Shown piece by piece: positions 28,501-42,381 of a DNA stretch of 64,000 bases. The notes under the pieces were generated by a model. That model was not told where the DNA came from, searched no databases, and was given only the letters and a program-made list of their open reading frames with translations. A program made the translations under genes and the position numbers. The stretch is taken from contig NEEC01000015.1 of NCBI GenBank assembly GCA_002189035.1, forward strand, positions 868,001 to 932,000, in the 5' to 3' direction. The stretch's first letter is position 1; every line of letters begins with the position of its first letter. This DNA is from Utricularia gibba (taxonomy: Eukaryota > Plantae > Magnoliophyta).

Positions 28501-30381
28501 TAGTTGTTATCTTAATGGAAAATGTACCTCGTCAGAAAGGCGATACATCAGTTGTGCTTCCCTGATGCTTATTAGTTGACTAGCATCCACTTCTGCAAGA
28601 AAATAAATCACAAGTTACTCCAACATTGCGTTCTCCTAAAGTACATAAAAATGACTGCTGCAGAGCAAAAGAAAAATTCTGGAAAGAAATAAAACCATTA
28701 AGGTTACTTCTATGCATATATGTAAAAGTCATAATCTGAAACTGTCAAAGACTAAATCCAGGATAGCTACTCAATCGTAGGGGGTAAAGGAGAAACTAAC
28801 AAGCTTGAGGACGAAATAATGCTGAAAACATAAACGTCATATGGCTGGAATAGAAACGTCCACACAGATAAGATGGCAAAGGGTTGAAGGGAAAACAAAA
28901 ATACAACAGGTTCACTACCTTGCGAAAGGGTTTTAAGCTTGTGGACGAACAGCCTTTGAGCATTGTCACGAACAGCAACCTCTACCTACATTGGCGAGCA
29001 ATAATACGAAAATAAATGCTCAAGCTATCCTATTTTCATCAAAACGTCAAGTACAAAAGCCTTGAGACTCTTGCCAGGAAAAAAAACCCTAGAAAATCTA
29101 AAAAACGTTATTGGGAAAAAGCATCTCGAAAATCAGGTCATACCTGAGAATCAGTGACCTTGAAAACCCTCTTCCAAGGCAACAAAAAACCTGACGCGTC
29201 TCCAAAGACAAGATTCGACACATAAATCAGCTTCTGAAATGCCTGTACTGAAGACTTATAAAATGGTCAAAGCTCAATTCTTCACAAGAAAAAAAATTTC
29301 AGAGAATGACTGAACAAAGTAGTACCCGACGCTGTTCCACGTCAGAGTCCCCAGTTTCAAGCCGTTCCCTGAAAATTCTCCTACCAATCTGAGAAACTAA
29401 AGACTTGTGAATCTTCAAGAACATCGTCCTGAATCTGGAGGGCGGGAGAAAATACCTCCATGTGCATGGCTGCAGCATCAGGATCATCAACGCCCAATGC
29501 ACTTTTGAATTTAATGATGGTCTCAACTTCGTCACCCTTTAGGTCTTCACCCCCAGAAGGGAGAACAGCGGATACAAATCTAAAGCATCAAAATAAAAGC
29601 AGTAAAATTTTGACGCGAACAAACAAAATGGCTTACTTGCATGATCACCATACTCACCGGCAATAAATATCGCATAGCTCAGCGTTGAATGCCTCGTCCT
29701 GTTTGCTAACGCCATATCTAGAACCCAATGATAAAACCAAATATTTAATAGAATGACACTTGAAAACAGAGTAACAGAAAAATTATCATTCAATTAAACT
29801 CACTTCTTAGCAATCGCTTCAATATCCTCCTTCTTCACAGCCCCAGGATCACCGCAACCCACCACATAATTATGCAAATTAGCCGAAGCAACCTCTGGAA
29901 CGCACGAGTTTAATGAATACGCCGCACCAACGCCGACCGAACCAACCACGACAGCTCCAGCAATCGCCGCATTACGAGAACCACCAAAGCGATTGCCAAG
30001 CCCGTATCCAGCAACAATTGCCGCAGCCACAATTACCGCAGAAGATGCAATGCGTACAGGCGGTGGAATCACGTCCACAAAGGACTGGACACCAGTGAGC
30101 TCTTTTTTCTCTCCAAAGACACCTGAATCCACAGCCGGAGAATCGGTGCTAGCTGAAGAAGAACGAATCCCGGAGACTAAGGAGCGGCTGCGAGCCAAGG
30201 AGATTTTGAAGCGGCGACGAAGATTGAAGCGGTTGAAGCCAAGGCTGCCGGACCGCACCAGAAAGGGATATAGAAAACGGGGAGATGGATGCAAAGTTTG
30301 TAGACGTGATGAGACATTGTAATCTTCTCCAGCTCTCCCCTGGCCGAACGACGGCAGAGAGAGCGTAGGCAGACACGCCAT
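25509..30381 (-). CDS. TIC110: Chloroplast inner-envelope translocon TIC110
   Basis: Transit peptide, two hydrophobic segments, FVSAVLPSGGEDLKGDEVETIIKFKSALGVDDPDAAAMHME, DLPDRDRVDLYKTYLLFCITGEVTRIPFGAQITTKKDDSEY and LNDLLACDRAVP. The expected C-terminal ...EEEFVF* (stop 25509-25511) requires one extra A at 25550-25552. Confidence 0.95.
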
Positions 30382-31150
30382 GGACGGAGAATACCGAGGA
30401 CAGCAAGAATCGAAAACGAAGATAAGCTACCGATTGGGAGATCGGATGGGGAAGGCGTTAAGGCCGGGCCCGTCCATCCGTTACAGTGATATGTTGGGCT
30501 GGAATTCCTCAGGCCCAGATCAAAAACAATATTGAATTAAAAAAATCAATTAATTATTTAATTTTATATTAAAATACCACATATTGAGAATTCATTTTAT
30601 ATTATGTTTTAATTAATAATATACTAAATATACGTGATATTAATTTAAAATTAAAAAATAACATAAATATTTTTTAAAAAATATTATTTAAAAATATAAA
30701 ATTATCATGTATTTAGCCAAAAAAAATTAATTTGATTTATAAGTAATTATGTATAATATTTTATTAAAAAAATAAACAAAACACTTAAATACATAGCTTT
30801 GTCTTTAATTATAAATGAATAAAATAAATGAAACATAAATATATAGTCCATCATATTATATGTCATTCTTGAACAAACAATGTAATTAAAATATATTATT
30901 CAATATAAAATAAATGTTAATAAACTACCCAAAAAAGAGTTTCATTAAGAAGTTATAACAACTCTGTGCCCGAATGTCTCGGCTGGCGGGATTTTTCCGC
31001 ACACAATGCACGCGCTGTGAACCACAAGAATGCCATAAACTATACCCATCAGGCGACGCCAGGGGAGGGTGCAGCCACTGCTCCTGCGTCTTCATCTTCA
31101 TCTTGCGCAGGAGATGACTCTGATAGAGGAAAAGAAGGAGCTTGGTGCAG

Positions 31151-33083
31151 TCACCGCATGAAGGGAAACAAATGCCTCATCTCTGTTCCATTCCCATTTG
31201 ACAAGAAGAAAATCTTCTTCCAGTTCTCTTCCGAGAACGCCTCTGGTTTTACCATCCTTTGCCTGCCCACACGCACCGCGCCATGTGAGTCTTAACTATA
31301 GTGCATAAAGGCGACACATCTAACTAATACAGACCGAGCTGGTGTAAACAGACCTCAGATAATAGTGGGACACGGTGGCAGCTTCAACTAAGCTGTAGCG
31401 AGGGAGGTGGATCCGGGCGTTAACAGGAACATCCGGCAGCTCCAGGCGTAACTTGCCAACTGCAGTTGAATGGGAAAATGCACCCACCATCATATCATCA
31501 TGGGTCATTGGCCTAAATGCGTTGATCTACAGCATGATGGAAAACAGTGAAGGATCAGATTTGCCAGCGGATATGTATCATGAGCAGAAGGAAGAAATCA
31601 CAAGTTTAGGAGCATGCAGAGTACCGTAGATAGCTCTTTCGCGTGAATGGGACGGCAGGAGCGAACTGTAACCGGCTCTTCGAAATTAGTAAAGGTAAAC
31701 CAATTGTTATACTGTACAAGTGCAAGGGCAACAGTTAAGATGTGGAAGAAAATTAGCCTCAATGAGCTAAGAAAGCAAAATACTCACTTGGTCGATGGCA
31801 AAAAGCACCGGAACACTAGACACTTGCGACAGTTCTTTCCTCAATCGCACTAATACTCCAACAGCTGCATGACTGCTCCTGATTCCTGCCTCAACAAGGT
31901 CACAGAGGGTTGTCCCCTCGGATATTTCCATCTCCTCAACGCCCTTAGGCCTCCCAATGCCTGCACCCTCACCCAGAGGTACAGGATCAAGTATATTACA
32001 TTTCAAACCTTGAAGAGTAGACTTGTTGTACTTCATGAAGTCCTGAAAACAGCCAAAAATAAGTAGAGAACACAATCAACACAAAACACTACATAATCGC
32101 TATATGTCTAACGCACGACCATCAGATACTACATGTTCAAAGAAGAAGACTTCCAGTATAAAATCCTCACACGTAGAATATATGATGCCTGGACAGGCGT
32201 GTCCCATAAGCCGGTATGAGGATTTTTGTAAAATAATCCACCATGTGTCCAATATCGACCTCCGGGAACATAGAACACAAGCCAACCTTCCATACGGGCC
32301 CAATAAACGAGCATTGCAAGAGTGATACTCTTTCCACAGCTTAGAGGACCATCCAATACAACTTGCTTTCTGACTTTAGGAACTGATGCACGATAACAGA
32401 TACATCATTTCTGGTATTCGTATCAATTTTTTCAACTTTAAAACAGCAACGACAAAATGCAGTACCTCTAGAAGCATCTATACATGAAGGATCAACAGCC
32501 CTCTGAAATTATCACGGAGATCAATGAAAGACTGCCGAACGAGCAAGGCACTCCTCCAAGACTCCTCAAATTCCTTAATCATTCCTAAAGGTAAACCCTC
32601 TGGCAATACCGCCTTTAACTCATCCATGCTGAAAAACAATTGAGGCAGAAAAAAGATTTGAGTTTTCATACCACTCATCAGCCCATGAACAAAGAATGCA
32701 GTAATCCAATAACGCACGCGTTACCTAAATTTAAAGTAAGTGTTAACGTCGTCATTAGTAAGGGAGGAGAGTGAAGGAGAAGAGGTGAATAGTGGGCGCC
32801 CATTAGGGGTAACATCCAGAATCGATGTTTTTTCGTCCTCCGCCAGCTGGCGACGGCGAAGCTCGGCTTGTTCCTTTAAAAGGAGCTCCGGGCTCATCCC
32901 TTGCACTATCTCGGGCTTAGTTTCCTTGGGGTCAAACTTCGACGTAGCCTTCTTCCCTTTCGGCGGAGCTGGGGGTTTAATAGGTTTCTTCGTAGCCATA
33001 CTACGGTCGGTATAATTCCCCCATGGAGGCCGATTTAAAGCCCTAGACACGGCGATCGATCGGCGAAGCGATCGGAGCAGCAT
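31151..33083 (-). CDS. Mitochondrial small ribosomal subunit protein mS29 (DAP3 family)
   Basis: Presequence MLLRSLRR; ALLVRQSFIDLRDNF; P-loop LDGPLSCGKSITLAML; WTHGG.FYKN..TGLWDTPVQA; VPVLFAIDQ|YNNWF; end WKKIFFLSNGNGTEMRHLFPFMR*. Confidence 0.9.
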
Positions 33084-33373
33084 TCCTTTCCCGTCCCTTC
33101 ACCACTCCAGTCACTGTGTTTAGGGCTTCCCCCGGTAAGGAAATGAGAAAGTGAACCGTGATTCTCTACTGCAGGCCCAGCACCGTCAGCCCAATCAGGC
33201 CCTGATAACAGAAAGCTTACCTTTAATATTAATTAACAAGAAATTATCATTAAATGTATTTATTTCAGTTTAATTATTTATTTTATATTTATTAGTGAAA
33301 AAGGAGTGGGGCCGAGGAGGGGGAAGTTGTCGAGAAAGTGGCGAAGAGGCAACTTCGCCGCACCCGACACCCC

Positions 33374-33608
33374 AGTCAAAGACACGAGCTTTGACTTACA
33401 AACAGTCTAGAATTTTCATTTCTTAATAGCATTAAGAAATCGAATTATGTAGTGATATGATGATAATTTGATGAAATTTAGTGTCCCATTTACTATTATT
33501 AATTTTTAATAATATATTTCAAGTGTTTTTTTTCTTTCTTTTTGTCATTCAAAGGAGTCAAAAGAGGCAACCTGCGAACGCCGTGCTCCCACCGAACATG
33601 ATTTGACC
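33374..33608. promoter_or_regulatory. W-box cluster upstream of the WRKY gene
   Basis: TTGAC(C/T) or its reverse complement at 33374-33379, 33391-33396, 33556-33561 and 33603-33608. Confidence 0.65.
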
Positions 33609-33750
33609 CGTCTGCGTTCTCCGTCGGTTTAAGAAGCCTCAATTTTCGTTCTTTTACACTGCATGTTGGATCGATTCTTCGGGTTTCGGCGCCTTCCGTT
33701 TCCCTCTCAAGTTCAACTCTCGCTTACATTCTTCCTTGCAGAAGAAACCC

Positions 33751-35199
33751 ATGTCTTCTTTCGGGTTCAGAGATCGTGTATCTGGCATTGAACTCCCTAA
33801 GTTCCGGTCGTTGCCGCCGCCATCGCTTCCCATAGCTCCGCCGCGAACTGTTTCTCCTTCCCCGTGGTTTTCTATTCCTCCGGGGCTTAGCCCAGGAGAG
33901 CTATTGGAGTCGCCTATTCTTCTCCCTGCGTCCCACGTAAAAATCTTGGTTGCCTTTTTTTTTTGTTCTGGTTGTGTATCTCTGTTCTGTTAGTAGCTTA
34001 TCCTCGGGCGATTTGCGCAGGCTTTGAGATCTCCGACTACTGGGAATGTTGCTAAATTTTTTTCTTGTAGCGACCGCACCTCTGAGCTACCCAAGCAGCA
34101 GAACGATGCCAAGAATCAGAATGTCAGCTTCAGCTTCCCCACTCAGGCAAAGTTTCAAACATCTTGTGGGCAGGTACTTTCGTTGATACGCTGTTTCTGA
34201 TTCTGCATTTATTCCCCTTGATATCTAACAGCAGTTTTCTGATACCAGGAGCAGCACGCCGTCAAACCATCAAACAAGAAAATGGAGGACGACGGGTATA
34301 ACTGGAGAAAATACGGGCAGAAGCAAGTGAAAGGTTCTGAAAATCCCAGAAGCTACTACAAGTGCACGTTCCCCAATTGCCCAACGAAGAAGAAGGTGGA
34401 GAGATCAATCGATGGGCCCATAACTGAAATCGTTTACAAAGGAGCTCATAATCACCCCAAGCCGCCGTCAACTCGAAGGTCATCCGCTTCTTCCACCTCA
34501 ATCCCATCACATTTTCCAGAATTCCCGGAGACTTCTTCCTCTGTCGTCACTACGGAGAACGCATATTCCTCCCCCGACCGTGATTTTGAGCAGAGCCGCG
34601 ATGAGTTCGATGATTTACAAGAGCCTGAGGCAAAGAGACGGTAAGGATTTCACAGATCGACTTCATCTTATAGATGAATTTCAAACTTCGAATTCTGATT
34701 CCTTTTCTCTATCAGGAAAGGTGAGGTTGAAGCAGAAGGGATTTTGTCTACGGGGAGCGACCCAGTAAGAGAGCCGCGAGTGGTGGTTCAGACAACCAGC
34801 GATCTCGATATTCTCGACGACGGCTACAAGTGGAGGAAGTACGGACAGAAAGTTGTCAAGGGCAATCACAATCCCCGGAGCTACTACAAATGCACGACCC
34901 CGGCGTGTCCAGTGAGGAAACACGTCCAGCGATCCTCATCCAATCCACGCGCCGTCATCACGACATACGAAGGGAAGCACAACCACGACGTGCCGGTGGG
35001 TCGTGGCGGTGCAGCCTATTCGATGAGCGCGGAGCCGACACACTGCCCACAAGTTCAAAGCTTCCCTAGGTACCATGGTAGCTCGCTGGCTCAGGCGCCG
35101 CACACTCTGGAGATGATACCGAGCTTCGGATGCCGTCAAGGCGTCCCTAAGCCGGAGCCTGGAGAGGAAGATGACTTCATTAACTCTTTGCTATGCTGA
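33751..35199 (+). CDS. Group I WRKY transcription factor (WRKY33/25/26-like)
   Basis: N-terminal [13 protein letters not shown] and [11 protein letters not shown], plus two WRKYGQK domains with C2H2 fingers. Four exons. The ATG may follow a 5' UTR intron. Confidence 0.93.
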
Positions 35200-36101
35200 T
35201 TGAAAAAGATCGTAGGTTGATAATTTGTTTATTGTTTGTTTTTTTTTTTCTACATCAAATATTTTTTGTAACAATAAAATAGCTAGAAATATGTTGGTTT
35301 AAATATAATATTTAGATTATTTTTATTTTATATAATTTTTCAAAACATTAATAAATGGATAATATCAATTCAATTTTAAACTAGTAAATATATTAATTTT
35401 TCAAACGCATATTTATTAGTACCTTACAAATTACATTCTCTAATCCAGTGCTCGAGAGGCGACAATTGCAATTAACGAATCCTTGAGGGGGCCAAGGAAG
35501 TATACAAAAGTTCTGGGGCAGAAATGCAAATACTAGAACTTCGAACAATTCGATCGAAATTCCAAGGACAAGACATGCCCGAAACCGGTAGTTAAAGAAA
35601 AGCTAGTTCCAGTTTCACGGCGGGACACCCACATCGGAGTACGCCGGCAGATTTCGCCTGAAAACAGAGGACCGCGGAATGAATGAACGGATTTGGCATT
35701 CCACGGCTGTTCGTCGCTTCTCCAGGCGCCATATTACCCGGCGCAGCAAGGTAGGATCTTGGGAAATCACCTGTTGTGCTTCATCACACACTTGAAGGCG
35801 ATAGCTATACAAACTAACTGTTGTATCAAGGTAATGCGCAGTGATGCAGTTCCATTCAGAGTGAGGCTCTGAATAGAAAGCAGTAATTGCTCGTGTTGCA
35901 GCCATTCAGGAGCATTTGTGGATAAGTAATCCAAGTTAACTTAGTACATGGACCATATAGATTTGCTACCACACCATTTCAAATGAAACCATAAGAACCA
36001 TGATAAATCATCGCCTTTTTTCTCCGTATTATTGATCTGAAGCGTGAAAAAATGTTCACCTTACATGCATGTGTATCTCTTGTTCAAACATGGTTGGTTT
36101 C

Positions 36102-37238
36102 TCAGGTTACATTGCTGTTCCTGTGGCTTAATTCCAGGAAGAAGGTTTTGGCAGCTTCGTATGTCGACCAGCAAATGGCTGCTGCTGGAGCATGGAAGAG
36201 GGTTCTAGGTATCCATCCTCTCATCAGCCCCCCATATCCATCTTTCTTTATAATGGTTTGAACAACATCCGTAATTGAGCCGCTGACAAATCTATCGCAT
36301 CCACACACACCCTGCAGGAATTCGATGGCATAAGCTCATAAGAAACATTGCTCAAAGCCTTATTCGGATTCGTCAACTGATAAAGCAGAATCTGAAGTGT
36401 GCTACACTCGAAATGGACATAATACCACAAGCTTATTTTATGGCATACTCAATCTAGGTACCTGGCATTGTAATTGAGTTTTGACCACATCAAGAGGGGT
36501 GGTCACTACAGCGCCCAATGCACCTGCTGCTGCTCCTGCTGTAGCATGAACCACAAGCGTCTCTTCGTTCACGCTTTCTGGGGAAACCTCCATCAAACCT
36601 CTTTTTGCAGCCTCGTAGGTGGCAAAGTGAACTGCTGTGAAAGGAGCATTCATCAGCACGGTGGTCCTGTATGAAGCATAAAATGCTCTCACACCCTCTT
36701 CCTTCATCACCCTACTGATACAATCCCACACCCCTTTATATGGGCTGCTACACAGTTGAAGCCTTTGCTTCACCATGTCCATTGGGGTAAGCACAAAGTC
36801 ACTCGCAACTGTAGCACAAACTCCAGACGCCGCGTGGGCAACATGATTATCAGCTTTGCCACCAGAGAAACGCTTCTTACACAACTCATACACAGAGAAA
36901 TAAGCTGCGTGGGCTGGACCAGCGCCGAGCCCCATAGCTCCGATCCCACGGTACAGACCCCTAAAGCCATCGGATTTCAGAATCGATTGAAGTGCCTGGT
37001 TCACACTCGCCGATTTAATAGGGCAAGAACCTAAAGCTTGCATTTGGGTCTTGATTGTATCAACGGGAAACATAGCCATATGCTCCACCATCCCAGCGAC
37101 AGAACCCGCAATCATGAACTCATAAAAACGGAGGCCGTCATGCTCCGCTTCCGTCATCTCTCTGTGATACTCCGGCTGCTGGTGTGGCGGCGCTGGAATC
37201 AGGTCCTGTTTGAACTTCGGAGAAGCGTCGGTAGCCAT
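36102..37238 (-). CDS. Mitochondrial iron carrier (mitoferrin-like)
   Basis: MIAGSVAGMVEHMAMFPVDTIKTQMQ, GAGPAHAAYFSVYE, PMDMVKQRLQ, PLDVVKTQLQCQ|G..., FHAPAAAICWSTYEAAK. Three PxD/ExxK carrier signatures. Confidence 0.93.
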
Positions 37239-37570
37239 CGACGCTGAAAGGCAAAATCGAATTAGAATCCAAGAGTCGTTGAATTTTCGAGAAGAGTTTC
37301 TCCATACGAGGCTTCAGACATCGGCATTTTCATCGAACGCCATTGTCCGATTTTGACCCAAACTTTCAGAAGATTCTCTTCGATATATTCAAACTAGGGT
37401 TCCAAGATTTAGGGGGACGGGGAAATGCGCGGCCCAAATTAACGGCTGCTAAAAAAGATATTAATAGGAGGTTTATTGATATTTAATACACGGTTAAAAA
37501 TTGATTACTACCCTGAATAAATTCCAAGTGAATATCCCATTTCCAGTTCCAATCGAGATGAGAATTGGGC

Positions 37571-38757
37571 ATGGATATCAGAAATCGGCTTCCGTCACCA
37601 AGAATCAGGCCTCGAGTAGATGACGGGAACGCCGACGTGCACCGCCGTCGGTTGCCAGCGGAAATTTGTCTCATGGAGGATCGAGTAGTCGCGCAGAGGC
37701 AGAATATCGAAATGATCCTCCGCGAGAATCAGCGCCTCGCCGCCATTCACGTGGATCTACGGCATGAATTGGCGGCTACGAAGCAGGAAATTCAACGCCT
37801 CTCTGTCTCCGCATCCGCCGTGAAAGCTGAGAGAGACACGCATGTGCGTGATATCCGCGATCGGTCGGTGAGGTTAGAGGCCGATGCGCTGTCCGTCGAG
37901 CGGTTTAAGGAAGAATTAGAGCGACTCCATGCCGAGATAAATGCAATGAAAGCCGAGCACAAGGAGCTCTTGGAACAAAAAATGGTGGTAGATGCAGAGT
38001 TGGTGAAGGTTCGTCCGGCTTTGCAGCAGTTCTCCAAACTTAAAGCCGAGATGGAGTTCTTGAAAAGAGAAGAGCAACGCGGAAGGTAAGCAACAAGTTT
38101 GCACTGTTCTGATCGTTCATATGTTCATGATTTCTCGAAGATTGCACTCCATTTTTTAGGGAAAAAAACAACATCTTTGATCATCTTTTGTTTCATTACC
38201 GTTTTTCCCTTTGGTGAATGCATGAAGGAAGGCAATAGAACATGAGAAAGAGTTGCATTCGACCAACTTGAAACAAAGTGATATAATGGCGAAACATTTG
38301 ATTTCTTTAGTTCGTGAAAAAGAACAGTTACGCTCTCAGCTTGAACGAGTGATGCCAGCTGCGAATCCTCCTCCCTATCCGTGTAAGCAGAAAACGCCCG
38401 GTTTTTACTCTTTCAAGTAACTACTGTTCTGTTTGCAAAATTACCAGATATTAACTCAAGCTTTTATTTTCCCCTCCAGTGCCAATATATGCTGCTAGGC
38501 CACTAAATGTTGGCCCTGGATACACTGGAAATCCATTCTTCATTCCTCTTTCAAATGCAGCTCCTCAGGTTTTGTAAAATCTCCAAGATGAAAGAGAATA
38601 CGCAACTTCGTGTTCCAGTTATTTGTATCCCTATTTTATCTGATGGTAATTAGATCCCATTGAAAATTTGAAACAGGTTAACTACGTTGCTATCCCGCAC
38701 TACGGTGTTGGTGCAGTTCCTAGTTATCCTCCGCTATTCAACAACAACATTCAATGA
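37571..38757 (+). CDS. FLX-like (FLC EXPRESSOR family) coiled-coil protein
   Basis: LMEDRVVAQRQNIEMILRENQRLAAIHVDLRHELAATKQEIQRL...AEMEFLKREEQRGR|KAIEHEKE...MAKHLISLVRE.EQLR, with a Pro/Tyr/Gly-rich tail; TGA at 38755-38757. Confidence 0.85.
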
Positions 38758-40599
38758 CACATACTCAATGATATGGAGCTGGGACTTGAAAAATAGACAC
38801 CGGAGTGACTGCACAGATCCTGGTAAATGATCTGTTTCACTGCTTGGTGTCCGATTTCTATCTGATTCTGATGACGAGTAATCATATTCTGTAACTATTT
38901 TGAAACTTGGATGGATAACTACCGAAAATTCATGATTTGGCTTAGGAGTTGTAGAGTTCTTGCACCTAGTTCAGTGACTTATTGAGTGGTACCAGGAAGA
39001 GGATTTAAGGTAAGGATTCATGGAATTTAAGGATCCTAGGGGAGAATGTGAATGTGTGTTGTGGCTTACAGGGTAGGGATGGTGAGAAAGAGAATAAAAG
39101 TGTTGAGAATTTCTATTCTTTTTGAACACAAGATTGTAGAAAAAACAACGGCTGACGGCCGGCCCAATTTTCTGCTCATGGGCGGAACACTGGGCCTCTT
39201 AGGGTTGTCATTGGGCTCTCTGGGTCCCGCTGGGCCGCAGGTTGATCTGGACCGGACCTCACCCTTGGTTCCTTTGAAAACGATGGTAGGGATGAGAAAA
39301 GTTGAATCCTAAGGTCCCACCTGATCGGGGTAGAGGATTTCTGGGCCCCACCTCCCGGTTTCTAATTTCAAATACACAAAGATTAAAAAAATGTTTTTTT
39401 GCATGGTGCCAATTTTGACCTTGACCAGGAACCCGAGTTCACCTCCATGGCTGGGTTAGGTTTGAAATCTAAACATGCAACAAAAATGTTGGGCAGGGGT
39501 AGTAGGTAAATTCCAATCCTTATCTATTTTTTTGTTTTGATATTCATAATTATGTAAAACTGAATTGTTTCATTTTTAAAATATCATGAATATTTGCTGT
39601 CTGGCAATTCAAATGGATCAGGTATCATCTTGTGTTGTGCCGTTGCTGTAAACCCTATTTAGAATTAACATTTCCATGCCTACAAAAACTGGTTCATTCT
39701 AGTCATGTATGTTTTGTTTTTCTTAAACATGAAAAATAACATTTAAATATGCGAATGAAAAAAAAAAGTGATACTTAAATGTGTGACGTGTATTTAGAAC
39801 CCACCCCATATGAATTGTTTTGTTGTATTTAAATTTGATTTGAATTTAGAATGGAGTTTAGTTCATAAGGTAAACACGAAAGTCTCCGTGATGTAACCAC
39901 CTACTGTAGTTGTCCATGGGAGGTTAGTCTTCCATTATGTATCTCAGTTTTTTTAATGTGGTTGGGTGCGAGTCGCTTTCCCTTGTGGGTCATTTCTGGT
40001 TTATTTTATGTTTTCCCGTACACCGATATTTATATTGATAGGGTTTGGATTCCTTCAATCTGGCCCGACTGGGTTCTCATGTCATCACCACGCAGAAAAA
40101 CTTGTGTGTCTGATGGAACAGCCATCCCGATTTTGCAGCATCACTACCCCAAAAGGAGTTATTCATAGGAGCGCCACTGTTCAAGGTATTGGTTTGTAGT
40201 TCTCAGAACAACCTTAACCGGAGTGCAGCCAACTTGAGAGTGATGGGATAACCAACACATAAGTTTAGGAGAAATGGGTGTTGGGGAGGCGATGGGGGAG
40301 ATGCACGTGGGGTAAGGGCATGAATGAATCCTAGTAGCAGGATGAGGCGGCTTCTATATGTTGGTTGAGCTATGAACTTGGAACAAGAACCCCATCCTTC
40401 ATCAGCCGCCAGTGCCACCACTCCCTATTTTCCTCCCCTTACATTGGGTAAAGGGAAATTTTCACTTTCAGTTTCACTTTAATTGTCTGTGTTAATAGAT
40501 GATGAACTCAGAAAGAAGAAGGATCGAACTGGCAGAAATATGTTTCTAATGATCAACTCGTTTGTTTACAGTTTGAATCCTGTGTGTCGGCAGGTAAAA

Positions 40600-41202
40600 T
40601 CAAAGGGGTTGTCTGCTCTCTTCATTGCAGCTTCCTCCACCTGCACCGCCGACGGTGGAATCAGCATCTCCTCTGCTGCTACCGGCGCCATCACCTGTAG
40701 CTGCGGTGGCTGCAGAAGAACTGGAAGAAGCTGCTGATCTCTTCCGTTTCTTCTTCTCGTAGGGTACGCCTCTAGCCTTCGCCTGGGACTCCCTCACTTC
40801 TCTCAAATACATCCTGACTGCTTTAGCGCCGAAGGGGTTGTTATCCTGCCGGCCGCCGCTCTCCTCGTAGGCCGCTCTGAGCCGGCCGATGAGCGCGTCG
40901 AGGCTGCCCCAAGCTTGCCTCAGGGGACACGCGCAGGACCCGGGCGGGTTCGGCTCTCCGAAGTAGGCACAGGCCGTGAGGTGCACCTTAGTTTTCCCGA
41001 ACTGGTCCAGGTACTTGAGGAACTCGATCACGTTGGCGCCGCTGCAACGTTGCAGGGTCAGGGGAGGCTTATGGTTGCGGAGGTACTGCTGGAAAGTGCT
41101 CCAGTCACGACGCTTTTGCGACTCGTATCTGCTCAGCCCCGCCGTCGTCGTCGTCGTCGTCGTCGTCGCAGGTGCCGCCCCGGACCCGGATTCGGGATCC
41201 AT
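40600..41202 (-). CDS. ALOG-domain (LSH/G1) transcription regulator
   Basis: Single-exon ORF with [46 protein letters not shown]...[25 protein letters not shown] and [11 protein letters not shown]. Confidence 0.96.
   Translation of the reverse strand: MDPESGSGAAPATTTTTTTTAGLSRYESQKRRDWSTFQQYLRNHKPPLTLQRCSGANVIEFLKYLDQFGKTKVHLTACAYFGEPNPPGSCACPLRQAWGSLDALIGRLRAAYEESGGRQDNNPFGAKAVRMYLREVRESQAKARGVPYEKKKRKRSAASSSSSAATAATGDGAGSSRGDADSTVGGAGGGSCNEESRQPL
41143..41166. repeat. (CGT)8 microsatellite encoding poly-Thr in the ALOG N-terminus
   Basis: Direct reading of the sequence; ACG x8 on the coding strand. Confidence 0.9.
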
Positions 41203-42381
41203 GTACAGAAGAGAGGAGAGGGACAATAGGAGCCGGAGAGTGTAAATTCGTCAGCGGGAGAGTGCGTGTGCAGTGCGGTAATAAGAACGGGGAAGAGGGT
41301 CCGCCAAGCAGTGGTGGCGGTACGCGATTGGCGACGGGTTCACGTGGTGGCCCCCGTCATTAGTTCTATTGTTTCCATTCCTCGAGACAAACAGCACACG
41401 TATGCGCTCATCAACCTGGCCCTCCTCCTGCAGCAGCCAGCCCAAGAGCGTCGGTTTACTTGAAAATTCTCGATTGCTCTCCAGAGAACAACTGGTAAGA
41501 TTCACAGGCAACTCTTTTTGGGTAGGAGACATCGCCCGAGAGTCCCATGTCGCTCTACTGCTCTCGTTCTCTCTCTGAGACTAAGCTTCCTCGCTTCACT
41601 GCTAATGGATGGATACTCTCAGACAGTCATGGGATGGAAAGTGATTCCAGCACTGTGTATTCGCACATGGTGATATTCTTTCTGCTGGCTTCTCCATCCA
41701 GAGGTTTCTTGAAGAAGCGAGACCTGATTTTTACATGGCTGTGAAGCAGGGGTAACTTTTGCGACTGCGCTGAACTTGAGACGGAAGATGGAGAGAGTGA
41801 TTTGATGTTTTTGCAGGGGCAAACACGCTACTTGAGATATTTGAGAAGTGGCTACAGTTTCAGACGCACATCCGCGCATGACAGAATGAGTACATAGAAT
41901 CGAAGGGCCGAAAACAGATGCGGATTCTACTATAAAAGTCTTGGGTTTTTGAGTAAATGATGAACTGAAATACTGAACCGATCTTCGATCCAGGGTGTGT
42001 ACACATGACATAATATTCTCAATGTGGTCCATGGCGCTCAGAAACCCATTGGACAGAATCAGTAGTAGTCCAAAACAGGAATTACAGAAACCGATCAATT
42101 GCCTGCTGATTGGAAAATTTTTCGTACCACCTGTGGCCATGGAGAAAAAGCTTTAAAATACCTCTGGTTGATGTGGATGGAGACAAGTCTTGGGGGACAA
42201 AGAGTAGTGGGTGAGGAGAGGGAGCAAAACAACGCACAGACTATTGATCAAGTTGTGGGTAGCACTTTGGGATAGGGTAAGAAGCAACCGTCAGGGAGAT
42301 GATCCATTCAAATAAAATGCAGTTCAGCGAGAGGAGGATACAGGTAAATACATTGGGGCGGATGGTAGCTTGGGTTCTTCC

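Noticed and set aside
35627-35636. USE-like ACCCACATCG suggesting an snRNA or Pol III gene
   Set aside because: No TATA box at the required distance and no recognizable snRNA downstream.
37150-37360. uORFs in the mitoferrin leader
   Set aside because: A TTTCAG acceptor lies just before the main ATG, so these ATGs probably sit in a 5' UTR intron. This cannot be resolved without transcripts.
41619-42140. 173-aa minus-strand ORF between RBL19 and ALOG
   Set aside because: No recognizable motifs; probably 3' UTR or intergenic sequence.
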